DNA of 64,000 bases from Acidimicrobiales bacterium (GCA_963668565.2 CAXXMX010000009.1:9301-73300); one strand, 5' to 3'; positions 52,907 through 62,145 are shown, counted from the first letter of the stretch. The notes: generated from the letters alone by a model not told the origin. Program-made: numbers and translations.

Positions 52907-55900
52907 TCAGCCCAGCGTCGTGTGACCCGGCTTCGGTTTCCGTGCGACCGCTGGCGCCTTCTTGGCCTCGGGCGGGACCGGTAGCACACCGGCGGCCGTG
53001 AGGTCGCCGACGGTGACCTGCGGTCCATCGAGGATCGCCGTCAGCAGTTCGGCCTGTTCAGGCTCGAGAGCGACGAGGGCGGTGAGCGCGTTGAGAACGT
53101 CGAGAAGCTCTCTGTCCCACTCCGGGCGCCAGCCCGGCGGGGTGATCCTGTCCAGGGAGTCAGGGTCCTGCGTTCCCTTGCTCGGCTTGCGGTAGTTAAA
53201 CCAGGATCTGATGACGTTGGTGCCTGAGACTTTGTAGTCGTGGACCTCCGGGGCGACGTTCTCGAACACGCCGTTCCCGATTCGGAGTTCCCACCGCTCG
53301 GAGTCATAAGCGAGCGCCCGGTTGAGGGTCCCCTCTCCGGTTTCGGATCGCGACAGTGGTCGATTGTCCACGCGAATTCGTCCGGCCGGGCGACCGTCGC
53401 TCGACGTCGACGTAGCGCTCGCCGAAGGTCTGTGCCCAGATGACCCGCCGGCCGATCCCGAGGGCCATCGACCAGTAGTCGACGTCGGCGGTGACGGGTA
53501 TTCGCAGGCCCGGTGTGTGGGGTGAGACATCGTTGAACCAGGCTGTGTACGCGGGGTGAGCACACACGGCGGCCACGTAGGCGAGTAGGTCCTCCGGTGT
53601 CACGTTTGTGTCGAACAGTCCACCGAGATGGCCGAGCAACCCGGGCGTGACGTTCGGGGCGGTGGCGGTGCTGTCCCGCCAGAGTGGAAACGCGCGGCCG
53701 CCACGCCCGTGATAGTGATGCAGGCCGGGTAGCAGGTGAGTGAACGTGACCGCCGGTCCGTTGTCCGGGTGATCATCCTCGATGCAGGTGAGGTGAATCT
53801 GGTGGTCGCTGCGTGCCTCCCACAACGCCGGCCGGGCCCTGTCGAGAACCCGAATGTCGGGAATGATCCTCTGGCGGTCGAACGACCGCCAAGCCAGGTG
53901 GATAGGGCTTGGACACGGATTCATTTCACGCGAGATCGGCCTCGCCGCCGACTCGTCGGGCCAGCCGCGAAGATTGGTCTTGAATCCCCGATCGATCGTG
54001 CGGCTGTCGGTCTCGTTGAAGAGCGCTTTCTTTCGCTCCAAGTCCGCCTCCGCGATGAGTTCGTCCCAGCGCTGCTCGAGAGTGTTGGAGTCCGGCGAGG
54101 TCGGCCAGCCGCGATTGGCCAGGACCCCGGGTGAGGACCACGGCAGCAGGTCGTGGATGCACGGGCAGGTGCGCCAGATGCGCTGTCCCGCGGGTTTGAA
54201 GGATGCGCGCCAGTCCTTGGGGCATTCGGTCCACGCCTTGGGCGAGTCGTCCGTGATTCCCATCGTCGCCAGCTCGGCGAACTTCTCGTCTCGGTTGCCG
54301 GGAGCGACCTCCCGGAATCTCACTGTTGCCGCTGACGCGTCGGTGTGGGGGGAGCGGACGGCGCAGACGACGGCGATTTCGTGCTGGACCTGCTCGAACA
54401 TCCGCGTCGGGACGTCGGGCTGGTGGCCTTCGGGGGACAGCGAGACCACCCAGATCTCTGAACACCAGTGCCGCAACCAGGAACGCATTCCCTGAAACCC
54501 GTCGCCGCTCAGCCATGCGGCGGTCGTGACGAAACAGACGATGCCGGGTGACTCGCCACCGTTGTTACCGGAGTTCTCCAGCACCTTCCAACCCGCCCAG
54601 CGCCAGAAGTAGATGAGCAGGTTCGACATGTTGTACACATGCGCACCGACGCCCCAGTCCGTCGGTGGTTTCCAGTCGTCAAGGATCGATGGCTCTTTCG
54701 TGTCGGGCTTGCCGTGCTCGACCCAGCCGCCGAGTCCCTTTGCCCGCTCGCGGTACGGCGGGTTGCCGATGGCGACCATGACGGGCGTTGACTTCTTGAG
54801 CTCGTTGGCGGCGCGCCTTTCCCGGCTGATCGGTTCGTAGATCGATCCCAGGTGCTCCTCTTCGGCGTACGGATTCGCCAGAGTGTCCGCCAGCAGTACG
54901 CGCGGTGCGCTGCCCACTCCGTGGCGGCGGAACCTGGCGCCCGTACGGAACTGGGCCACGCTGTAGGGGCCGGTCTGCAACTCGAAACCGATGAGGCGAG
55001 CCGCGGCGTTCCTCAGCGCACCTGCGACCGCTCCGATCCCATCGCGCTCCTCGACTGTGGAGGCGATCCTGTCGATGACGTGGAGCAGGAAGGTTCCGGT
55101 CCCGGCGGCCGGGTCGATCACGGTCACCGCCTCGTTGGCGAATCCCGAGGGTTTGCCGAGCCGCGAGACGAGCACCTCGTCGGTAAGGCGCACCATGAAC
55201 TTCACGAGTTCAGCGGGCGTGTAGTACGAGCCGGACTCCTTGCGCAGATCGGGGTCGTACTGGGCGAGAAAGTCCTCGTAGAAGTAGAGCCAGTCACCGG
55301 CGTCGTTCAGCAGCGCCGGGTCGGTTGCGGCGAGCAGTGACAGAAGGGACTCGACGGCCGGCTCGATGTGTCTGATAGCGCTCTCGGCGCAAAGCACCGT
55401 GAGGGCAGTCGGAATCAGGCCGACCTCGGCGTCGAGCGCCCTCGTTGCCTGCGCCACCCGCTCAGCGACACTGCCGCCGGCAGTGAGCCCGGCGTCGGCG
55501 GCACGCGCGCCGATCAACCCGAACGTGATGGTCTGTGCATATGCGTCAGCGAACTCCGCGTCGCTTGCCTGCGGGAACAGCAGCGACCGCCAGTCCCCTG
55601 CGACGGCGGCAAGTCCTTCAGATCTGCCGGCTTCGAGCGTGTGAAGAATCTGGTTGCGCAGGACCCGGCAGAGGCGAGCGGTCGTCCGGGCGAGTTCTTG
55701 AGTTGTCGCTGGGGGACGCGGGGCGTTGGCGCAGAACGCATCGAGCAGGTGCACCAGATCGCCCGCGTCGATCCTGGCGCTGGCGATTCTCTTGCCCGGC
55801 GCCGTCCAAGCCGTGACACGCGCGACCTGTTGACTGTCCTGCCAGAGGATCCAGTCGATCCCGTCGGTGTAGAGCAGGTTCGGCAGGTGACGAAGCTGCA

Positions 55901-56228
55901 TCCACTGATCCAGGTTGTGGCCCGTGAATCCAGCAGGATCAACACCTGCACCAGAGGCCTTGAGTTCGATGTGACCGATGATCAATCCACGTCGGGCCAC
56001 GGTGTAATCGGGCCGCGCGCCCTCGACTGCCCCGGAGATCTCACCGGCAAGCACGAACTTCGGATAGCCGAGGTCCTCCGCGACCGATTCGACCAACACC
56101 TCGACCGGTCGACGCAGATGATCCTCCAGCGCGATCCCATCGTTCGCCCGAGCCGCCGCAGTAACTCGCAACCGAAGATCCGCGTAGAGGCGCTCCGCTG
56201 TCAAATGAGCCGGAGTGACTGGGGTCAC
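52907..56228 (-). pseudogene. type IIG / type ISP-like fused restriction-modification enzyme: N-terminal PD-(D/E)xK nuclease, gamma-class N6-adenine methyltransferase, and a Type-ISP-like C-terminal specificity domain. Interrupted by a +1 frameshift near 53390-53415
   Basis: ORF 53304..56324 has ARPDYTV...IGHIELKASG (D...ExK), VIDPAAGTGTFLL (motif I), IGNPPY (motif IV), and AWRSFDRQRIIPD / GRAFPLW in the C-terminal domain. The domain continues in ORF 52907..53563 in another frame (LAYDSERWELRIGNGVFENVAPEVHDYKVSGTNVIRSWFNYRK). I start it at GTG 56228, 19 nt after the upstream stop, rather than at 56324. Confidence 0.7.
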
Positions 56229-56247
56229 AGCGTTCGTAATTACGCGT

Positions 56248-56730
56248 CTATGCCGACTTGTGCCAGCGTTGGGGGATTTCTCTACCGCATTGGACCACAC
56301 GAACCGGTACCGCTTTTCCCCCAAACCTCAATGGCTTTCTCAGTCGGGTTCGATCTGCGGTCCGACGAAGATCTCTTTCGGTAAATGCGAAACAGACGCG
56401 GGCTCTCCTAATGTCAACTTTGACTAATTCGTGGTCCGCAATTGTCTTGAGTCCCGCATTGGCTTGTCTTCGACCTTTGAGTTTCATGACGCCCTTAATC
56501 TCAACAACTAGCCACCTAATGTCCTCAGGACCCTCACAAACTTGAAGAGCGATGATGTCGGGTTTCTGCTCATTCTCGTTGAATGCATTACATCGATCAC
56601 AGTCGAAGGCAGCCCGGAGTCCACGAATCGTCAAACGACAGCCACTCTTGGAGACGACGCCACTAGTCATATTCCCGGTGGGGCAAGTGCAGAGGGTGTG
56701 AAATTCGCGCAGTGCGTCGATCGAACTCAT
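56248..56730 (-). CDS. small Cys-cluster + PD-(D/E)xK nuclease-like protein (candidate effector)
   Basis: 160 aa. LCTCPTG...GCRL...DCDRC cysteine cluster, then KPDIIAL and about 19 residues later VVEIKG. 4-nt ATGA overlap with the ATPase gene. Low-GC codon usage. Confidence 0.5.
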   Translation of the reverse strand: MSSIDALREFHTLCTCPTGNMTSGVVSKSGCRLTIRGLRAAFDCDRCNAFNENEQKPDIIALQVCEGPEDIRWLVVEIKGVMKLKGRRQANAGLKTIADHELVKVDIRRARVCFAFTERDLRRTADRTRLRKPLRFGGKAVPVRVVQCGREIPQRWHKSA

Positions 56731-58241
56731 GCACGCTGTGCGTCGATCAGCGCAGCCGTTTGGTTCGTTAGATCGTCAGCGATATCCGCGTATTCTTCTT
56801 CGGGGATACCCCAGTCTGGTTCGATCTCTACTGGACTAATGACAACTCCGCCCTCGTCGACCTCGCGTCGGAATCGGAACACTCCTATATCAGAGTGCGC
56901 AATACGGTCCTCGGCTGAAAGGCTTACGTCCACGCTTGGAGCGTTCGCCGACAACATACAATTTGATATCTGGTCCAGTAGAATACTGCTATGCGTGGTG
57001 CACAGCATTTTTACGCCGGTATTGGCGAGCCGGACGAGCGCGCGGGCTACAAGTCGGATCGCCTCAGGGTGCAAGTGTGATTCCGGCTCGTCAACGATCA
57101 GCAGACTTCCAGGGTGTACGATCTCTCGCGTCCAAATGATAAGTGGACTGAGATCTGCGACCATTGACGATGCCCTCTGGACCGGAATCCGATTGCCGCC
57201 TTGCTGATAGATTAGAGCAGGAATGTCGTAAGACTCTGCGTCAATTGTAACGGATCCAGCTATGGCCTGCTCTAATAGATGAATAGCTGAGTCGACATCG
57301 CCAGATTCTGCGAGGCTCTGCCGCTGGATGCGGCTGCGATGAGAAAAGAGACCCTGGAACTCTGAGATAAAGTCTAGAGCGGCACCACTGAGCGAGATAT
57401 CGGTGTCGCGGTCAAGTCCGAATCGCTCTCGATCAAGCTGCAGCGTCATACGTACCACATCGGTCCAAGCGTGTAGGAGTCCCGAACGGCCAGACGGAAG
57501 GTAATATGAACTGAAGCCGAAGCCCGTTTTCCCTAGGATACGAAACCAGAGGTGCAGTGACCAGTACCTGGAGAATCGCTCATATCGATACTCTTGATCT
57601 TCTGAAAGAGATGAGTTCGGATAGCTTCTTCGTACGTGGTCATCGGTAGTACGCAGCGTGTTCTTGAGTAGTTCTTGGTCGTTGACTAGGTATCCAAGTG
57701 GATCCGGTGGCGTGTCGGGGATGCCAAACAAGTAAGTCTCAGCAGATTGTGTGCGTGTCGATACTGTGAACGACAGAGGACCATTGCTGCCCCATGTCGT
57801 GACGTCTTTGGAATCAGGAACACCGAAGTAAGCTTGTACTCGTCCGGGTAGCCGAAGAGAGCTATCATGAAAGTAGCTTTCAATCCATGACTGCGCCTTT
57901 CTGAGTACTGTCGCAATAGGTCGAATATCTTGAGGATTGTCGACGTCGGCTGGCTGCAATTGCAGCAATTTCGGTTCCGAGTCTTCTGCGCTCTTCTTGA
58001 ACTCCGAGATTTCGCCAGTGCGCAGGAGGGTTTGGAGCAGCTCGAATTCAGTCGAGTCAAGCAATGGCACGTTTGTGGGAAGGGCGGCATCGAGCGCTTT
58101 ATGGGCAGCGTGGATGGCTTGAGCCATGTACGTCTTACCGGTGTTGTTCTTGCCGATGAGCAGCGTAAGGGGGCGCAGCTCAACCTCGCCACTGCGGATC
58201 GGCCCCAGGTTCTCGACTCGAAACGTCGGTGAAGGAGTCAT
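56727..58241 (-). CDS. ABC-type ATPase of the AAA_15/AAA_21 (PtuA/AriA/OLD-ATPase-like) kind
   Basis: 504 aa. Walker A LLIGKNNTGKTY at residues about 27-38, a long helical insert, YLPSGRSGLL, Walker B SLLIVDEPESHLHP and H-loop LCTTHS near the C-terminus. Confidence 0.8.
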   Translation of the reverse strand: MTPSPTFRVENLGPIRSGEVELRPLTLLIGKNNTGKTYMAQAIHAAHKALDAALPTNVPLLDSTEFELLQTLLRTGEISEFKKSAEDSEPKLLQLQPADVDNPQDIRPIATVLRKAQSWIESYFHDSSLRLPGRVQAYFGVPDSKDVTTWGSNGPLSFTVSTRTQSAETYLFGIPDTPPDPLGYLVNDQELLKNTLRTTDDHVRRSYPNSSLSEDQEYRYERFSRYWSLHLWFRILGKTGFGFSSYYLPSGRSGLLHAWTDVVRMTLQLDRERFGLDRDTDISLSGAALDFISEFQGLFSHRSRIQRQSLAESGDVDSAIHLLEQAIAGSVTIDAESYDIPALIYQQGGNRIPVQRASSMVADLSPLIIWTREIVHPGSLLIVDEPESHLHPEAIRLVARALVRLANTGVKMLCTTHSSILLDQISNCMLSANAPSVDVSLSAEDRIAHSDIGVFRFRREVDEGGVVISPVEIEPDWGIPEEEYADIADDLTNQTAALIDAQRA

Positions 58242-58558
58242 TTGGGGGCCTCCTCTCAGGGAGCGATTCTACCGACTCGGTTCGGACCGGGGGAATCCGA
58301 AGGCGCTAGCGAGCCCGGCGTGGCGGGTGCCCGGACGAGTGTGGAGGTGGACTTCGACCTACGACTGGCTGACGAGGCACCGGGCCGGAGTGGGCGCAGA
58401 TCTCGGTCGGGCGGGGTGGTCAGGTCAGCCTCGGCCTGGTCGGAGGCAGCCGCGAATTCGACAGCCTGGGGTTTCCACATTCCACTTTCCGGCGATCTTG
58501 GACTCCATTTTCCGAGATCTCCGCGGAGGTGTCGACGCAGAGGTGGACACGCATGGAA

Positions 58559-58574
58559 TCCGGCCTTCGCCGGA
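58559..58574 (-). terminator. short GC hairpin downstream of the P450 gene
   Basis: tccggc-cttc-gccgga, about 40 nt past the stop at 58614. No U-tract. Confidence 0.3.
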
Positions 58575-58613
58575 ATGGCGGGGCGGGGCCGGGATGACGA
58601 TGGGTTTGGGCGG

Positions 58614-59927
58614 TCAAGCCAGCGTGCAGGGTAGGTGCTTGATGCCGTTGATGAAGTTGGAGCGGAGGCGTTCGGGTTCGGCGGTGGCGCGGATCTGCGG
58701 GAAGTGCTTCAGCAGCTCGCGGAACATCACGCCGATCTCCCGCCGGGCCAGGTGGGCGCCCATGCAGAAGTGCGGGCCGGGGCCGCCGAAGCCGATGTGG
58801 TTGTTGGGGCTGCGGCGGACGTCGAAGCGTTGCGGGTCATCGAACACATCCTCATCACGGTTGGCCGAGTAGTACCACAGCACCACCTTGTCGCCCGCGG
58901 AGAAGACGTGATCGCCGAGGGTGGTGCCGTCGGCGGTCACCGTGCGCCGGAACTGGATCACCGGCGTCGCCCACCGCACGATCTCCTCCACCGCCGTGGG
59001 TGTGACGGCGTCGAGGTCCTCAAGCCAGATGCGGCGCTGCTCGGGGTGGTCGGTGAGTGCCCAGAGCCCGTGGCTGATGGCGTTGCGCGTGGTCTCGTTA
59101 CCCGCCGTGCACAGCAGGATGAAGAACGAGGCCAACTCGGCCTCACCGAGACGTTCGCCGTCCACCTCGGCGTGTACAAGGGCCGACGTGATGTCATCGG
59201 TCGGATCAGCCTGCCGGGCAGCGGCCAACTCGGTCATCATGGCCGCCAGCGTGCCGCCCGCCGTCAGGATGGCCTCCAGAAGGTTTGCGCCCGGCGGCAC
59301 GTACTCCGGGTCGTTGGCCCCGAGGATGATGTTGGTGTTGTCGAGAACCTCCGCGTGCAGGCTCTTGGGGACGCCCATCATGTCGCAGATGATCTGCACG
59401 GGCAGGCGGGCGGCCACCTCGGTCACGAAGTCGCACTCGCCCCGGCCAGCCAGATCGTCGACGATCTGGCCGGCGACCTGCTCGACCTGGTGCTCGACCC
59501 GAGCGAGGGTGCGAGGCGTGAACCCGCGAGACACCAACCCGCGGAGGCGGGCATGTCGCGGATCGTCCATGTGCAGCATCGAGCCGAAGTACTCGTTGAA
59601 CTCGATCGGGAGGTCGGCGATCGAGGCGCCGCGGCCGGAACAGAAGAGGTCGGCTCGTCGGCTGGCTTCGACGACGTCGGCGTGGCGCGTGAGCGCCCAG
59701 TAGCCCGGCCCGGCGGGGAAGACCTCCTTGCCGTCGAGGAAGTAGGCGCGTTCGGTGAAGAAGCGGATGGGTTCCTCGGCCCGCAGCTGGGCGAACGCCT
59801 GCTGCCGCTCCGCCTCGGGGAGACCCCAGAACCTGCCTGTGCTGCTCAGGTCGATCTCGTCCAGGTCCACGCCCGCGCCTCCTTGGATGTGGCTCGACGT
59901 CGGGATCTGCGTCCTGCGTGCGCTCAA
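58614..59927 (-). CDS. cytochrome P450
   Basis: 437 aa. I-helix AGNETTRN, EEIVRW (ExxR) and heme loop FGGPGPHFCMGAHLAR. Confidence 0.9.
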   Translation of the reverse strand: MSARRTQIPTSSHIQGGAGVDLDEIDLSSTGRFWGLPEAERQQAFAQLRAEEPIRFFTERAYFLDGKEVFPAGPGYWALTRHADVVEASRRADLFCSGRGASIADLPIEFNEYFGSMLHMDDPRHARLRGLVSRGFTPRTLARVEHQVEQVAGQIVDDLAGRGECDFVTEVAARLPVQIICDMMGVPKSLHAEVLDNTNIILGANDPEYVPPGANLLEAILTAGGTLAAMMTELAAARQADPTDDITSALVHAEVDGERLGEAELASFFILLCTAGNETTRNAISHGLWALTDHPEQRRIWLEDLDAVTPTAVEEIVRWATPVIQFRRTVTADGTTLGDHVFSAGDKVVLWYYSANRDEDVFDDPQRFDVRRSPNNHIGFGGPGPHFCMGAHLARREIGVMFRELLKHFPQIRATAEPERLRSNFINGIKHLPCTLA

Positions 59928-59952
59928 GTGGGCCGCAGGCGGGGCGGTCTGT

Positions 59953-60333
59953 TCAGCGCGTGCGGCCGATGCGGGCGCTGAGAACGTCCCGGAGGCTCAC
60001 GATGCCGAGAAGCCCTGTGCTGTCGACCACGGGGAGGTGGCGGAAGCCGCCGGAGAGCATCATCTCCGCCACCTCTTCGGTGTCGATCTCTGGGCTGCAG
60101 GTGATGGGCTCGGGCGTCATCCAGCGGTCGATCGGGTCAGTGGACATGTCCGTGGCCTTGCCGGCGGCACGCAGCACGTCGCGCTCGGTGAGGATGCCGC
60201 TGAGCATTGTGCCGTCCACGACGAGCACCGACCCGATGTGGCGCCGCACCATGAGCCGGGCTGCCTCGGCCATCGGCGTGGAGCCCGGCATGGTCACCAC
60301 CTGTGTGCTCATGACCTGGCGCAGCGCAGCCAT
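59953..60333 (-). CDS. CBS-domain pair protein
   Basis: 126 aa, two CBS-like halves (VVTMPGSTPMAEAARLM...IGSVLVVD and ...GGFRHLPVVDSTGLLGIVSLRDVL). Confidence 0.8.
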   Translation of the reverse strand: MAALRQVMSTQVVTMPGSTPMAEAARLMVRRHIGSVLVVDGTMLSGILTERDVLRAAGKATDMSTDPIDRWMTPEPITCSPEIDTEEVAEMMLSGGFRHLPVVDSTGLLGIVSLRDVLSARIGRTR

Positions 60334-60334
60334 G

Positions 60335-60577
60335 TCAGCCCGAGCCGCCGGTCTCGTCGTAGCCGCTGCCGTCGCCCGGCTGTGAGGGAGTGTCGAGATC
60401 CTGATTGAGGCGCCGCCAGAGGGCTCCGGCCCACCCCACCGTGTGGGGCCACTCGCGCCAGAAAGATTGCAGTGTGGCAGCGTCGATCGCGTCGACCGCC
60501 TCCTCCGGGGTGACCTCGCGCGCCAACTCCTCCAGCAGGCTCATGGCATCGAGCAGCTTCTCGGACGGGTCGGACAT
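60335..60577 (-). CDS. hypothetical small acidic protein
   Basis: Started at ATG 60577 (AGGAGG upstream) within ORF 60335..60652. Its stop lies 1 nt before the CBS gene start. No recognisable motif. Confidence 0.4.
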   Translation of the reverse strand: MSDPSEKLLDAMSLLEELAREVTPEEAVDAIDAATLQSFWREWPHTVGWAGALWRRLNQDLDTPSQPGDGSGYDETGGSG

Positions 60578-60682
60578 CGGTGGCCTCCTGCGGAAAGTCT
60601 GCCACATGTCGCCTGCGACGGAAATGTCGCGCGGGTGAGAACGGAATGACACCGGAGTGACGTGCCCGGGGAGTCTGCGGGA

Positions 60683-60748
60683 CAGCCAGTGGTAGTCGCA
60701 GGCTGACCTGCTGGACAGTCAGCGGTAGTCGCAGGCTGACCAGCTGGA
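60683..60748. repeat. two tandem 33-bp imperfect direct repeats in an intergenic region
   Basis: cagccagtggtagtcgcaggctgacctgctgga (60683-60715) and cagtcagcggtagtcgcaggctgaccagctgga (60716-60748), 30/33 identical. Confidence 0.8.
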
Positions 60749-60754
60749 CCCTGG

Positions 60755-60774
60755 ATTCCGGCCTCCGCCGGAAT
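60755..60774 (-). terminator. 8-bp perfect hairpin downstream of the carotenoid oxygenase gene
   Basis: attccggc-ctcc-gccggaat, 49 nt past the stop at 60823. No U-tract. Confidence 0.35.
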
Positions 60775-60822
60775 GACGCAAGTAAGCGCGGCGGCCTGTG
60801 AAGGGATTCGCTGCTTGTTCGC

Positions 60823-62145
60823 TCAGGCGCCGGCGGGCACCCAGGAGCAGTGGAAGCCGAACGGCACGCGGTTGGGCAGGCTGATAGTTGCGAGTGGTTC
60901 CGAACCGATGGCGTCGGCGGCGAGGACGACCACCTCGCTGGAACCGCGCTCGCTGTCGTACACCACGGCCAGCAAGTAGCCCTCCTCCTCGTCGCTCTCG
61001 GCGTGGCGGGGCACGAAGACCGCCTCGCTGGCGTACCGGGACGGGCCGAAGTGATGGTGCTCAGTCGTGTGTGCCACGAGGTCGAGGCGCACCACGCGGT
61101 GGCCGTGTGAGACGGCGCCGGTCTCCTCGTCAACCAGCGTCGTCACGTAGGCGTAGCGGTTCGGGCGGCCGAGGAGCCGGTCGTCGATGCGCGGGAAGTC
61201 GCAGAGCACGTCGAAGATGGTTTCCTCCCGCACCGAGCCGTCACGGAGTCCCAGCGTCCAGCGGTGCACCATGGCGGGCACGTCGAACCGATCCGATGAC
61301 TTGCTCCAGAGAGAGTCGTAGCGGCAGGCGTCGAGCGTGATCCGCCCGCCGATCTCGCAGGCGTTGATCGTGTGGAAGACGTAGCAGGGATCGATGTCGA
61401 ACCACTGCACGTCACCCCCGGCACGGGGCATGACGCCGAGCCGAGCGCCATGGTCCGGGTCCCAGCGATAGGGGAGGCCACCGGGGGCTCCGAGATCCCG
61501 CACGATCGGCAGGTCCATGAAGACGACGTGATCGGACGTCACGGCGAAGTCGTGCATCATCACCGGCCGCGGCAGTTCGATCGTGGCGGTGCCGGCCAGC
61601 GCTCCGTCGCTGCCGAACCGGAAATAGTCGACCTGCGGCCCGTCCGGCCTGACGGCGAACGCCAGCATCTCGCCCGTGCGCGGGCAGATCTTCGGATGCG
61701 CGGTGAGGTTGTGGATCGAGCCGTTGAAGTCGACCGGACCGACGGTGTCGAGATCGGAGGTCACCTCGTAGGGGCGGTGGTTCTCCTCGAGAGCCAGGAT
61801 GCGCCCTCCGTGGACGACCACGTTCGTATTGGCGGGGGAGTAATCGGGATCGTCCGCGTCGGCCGCGGGCCCCTCCAGCCGGGGCGTACGCACCCAGCGG
61901 CTGCGATACCGCACCGCTCGTCCCCCGCGCAAGAGCAGCCCGTGAAGCATTCCCTCGCCGAGGAACCAGTGCGGCGAGTCGCAGCTGGGCGGGTTGGGGC
62001 CGGCATGGATCAGCATCCCGTGCAGGTCCGTGGGGATCCGGCCACGCACCGGAAGGTCGAGCGCCTCGGTCTCGTCGGGGAGGGGGCCGTGATTGCCCCG
62101 TAACCACCAGGGCTTGTCCGGGTCTCCTGCACTCCTGTCAGCCAC
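60823..62145 (-). CDS. carotenoid oxygenase family (RPE65/CCD/lignostilbene dioxygenase-like)
   Basis: 440 aa. NTNVVVHGGRILALEE, TAHPKICPRTGEM, MMHDFAVTSDHVVFMDLP and FHCSWVP give the conserved His-bearing blades of the CCD fold. Confidence 0.85.
   Translation of the reverse strand: MADRSAGDPDKPWWLRGNHGPLPDETEALDLPVRGRIPTDLHGMLIHAGPNPPSCDSPHWFLGEGMLHGLLLRGGRAVRYRSRWVRTPRLEGPAADADDPDYSPANTNVVVHGGRILALEENHRPYEVTSDLDTVGPVDFNGSIHNLTAHPKICPRTGEMLAFAVRPDGPQVDYFRFGSDGALAGTATIELPRPVMMHDFAVTSDHVVFMDLPIVRDLGAPGGLPYRWDPDHGARLGVMPRAGGDVQWFDIDPCYVFHTINACEIGGRITLDACRYDSLWSKSSDRFDVPAMVHRWTLGLRDGSVREETIFDVLCDFPRIDDRLLGRPNRYAYVTTLVDEETGAVSHGHRVVRLDLVAHTTEHHHFGPSRYASEAVFVPRHAESDEEEGYLLAVVYDSERGSSEVVVLAADAIGSEPLATISLPNRVPFGFHCSWVPAGA

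Noticed and set aside
58242-58613. 372-bp gap checked for a tRNA or integration site next to the low-GC module
   Set aside because: I could not recognise a cloverleaf-compatible sequence or direct repeats matching the other island edge. Only the short terminator-like hairpin is supportable.
58126-58872. 248-aa plus-strand ORF spanning the ATPase start, the intergenic region and the P450 3' end
   Set aside because: It crosses two well-supported minus-strand genes and a compositional boundary, and has no motifs.
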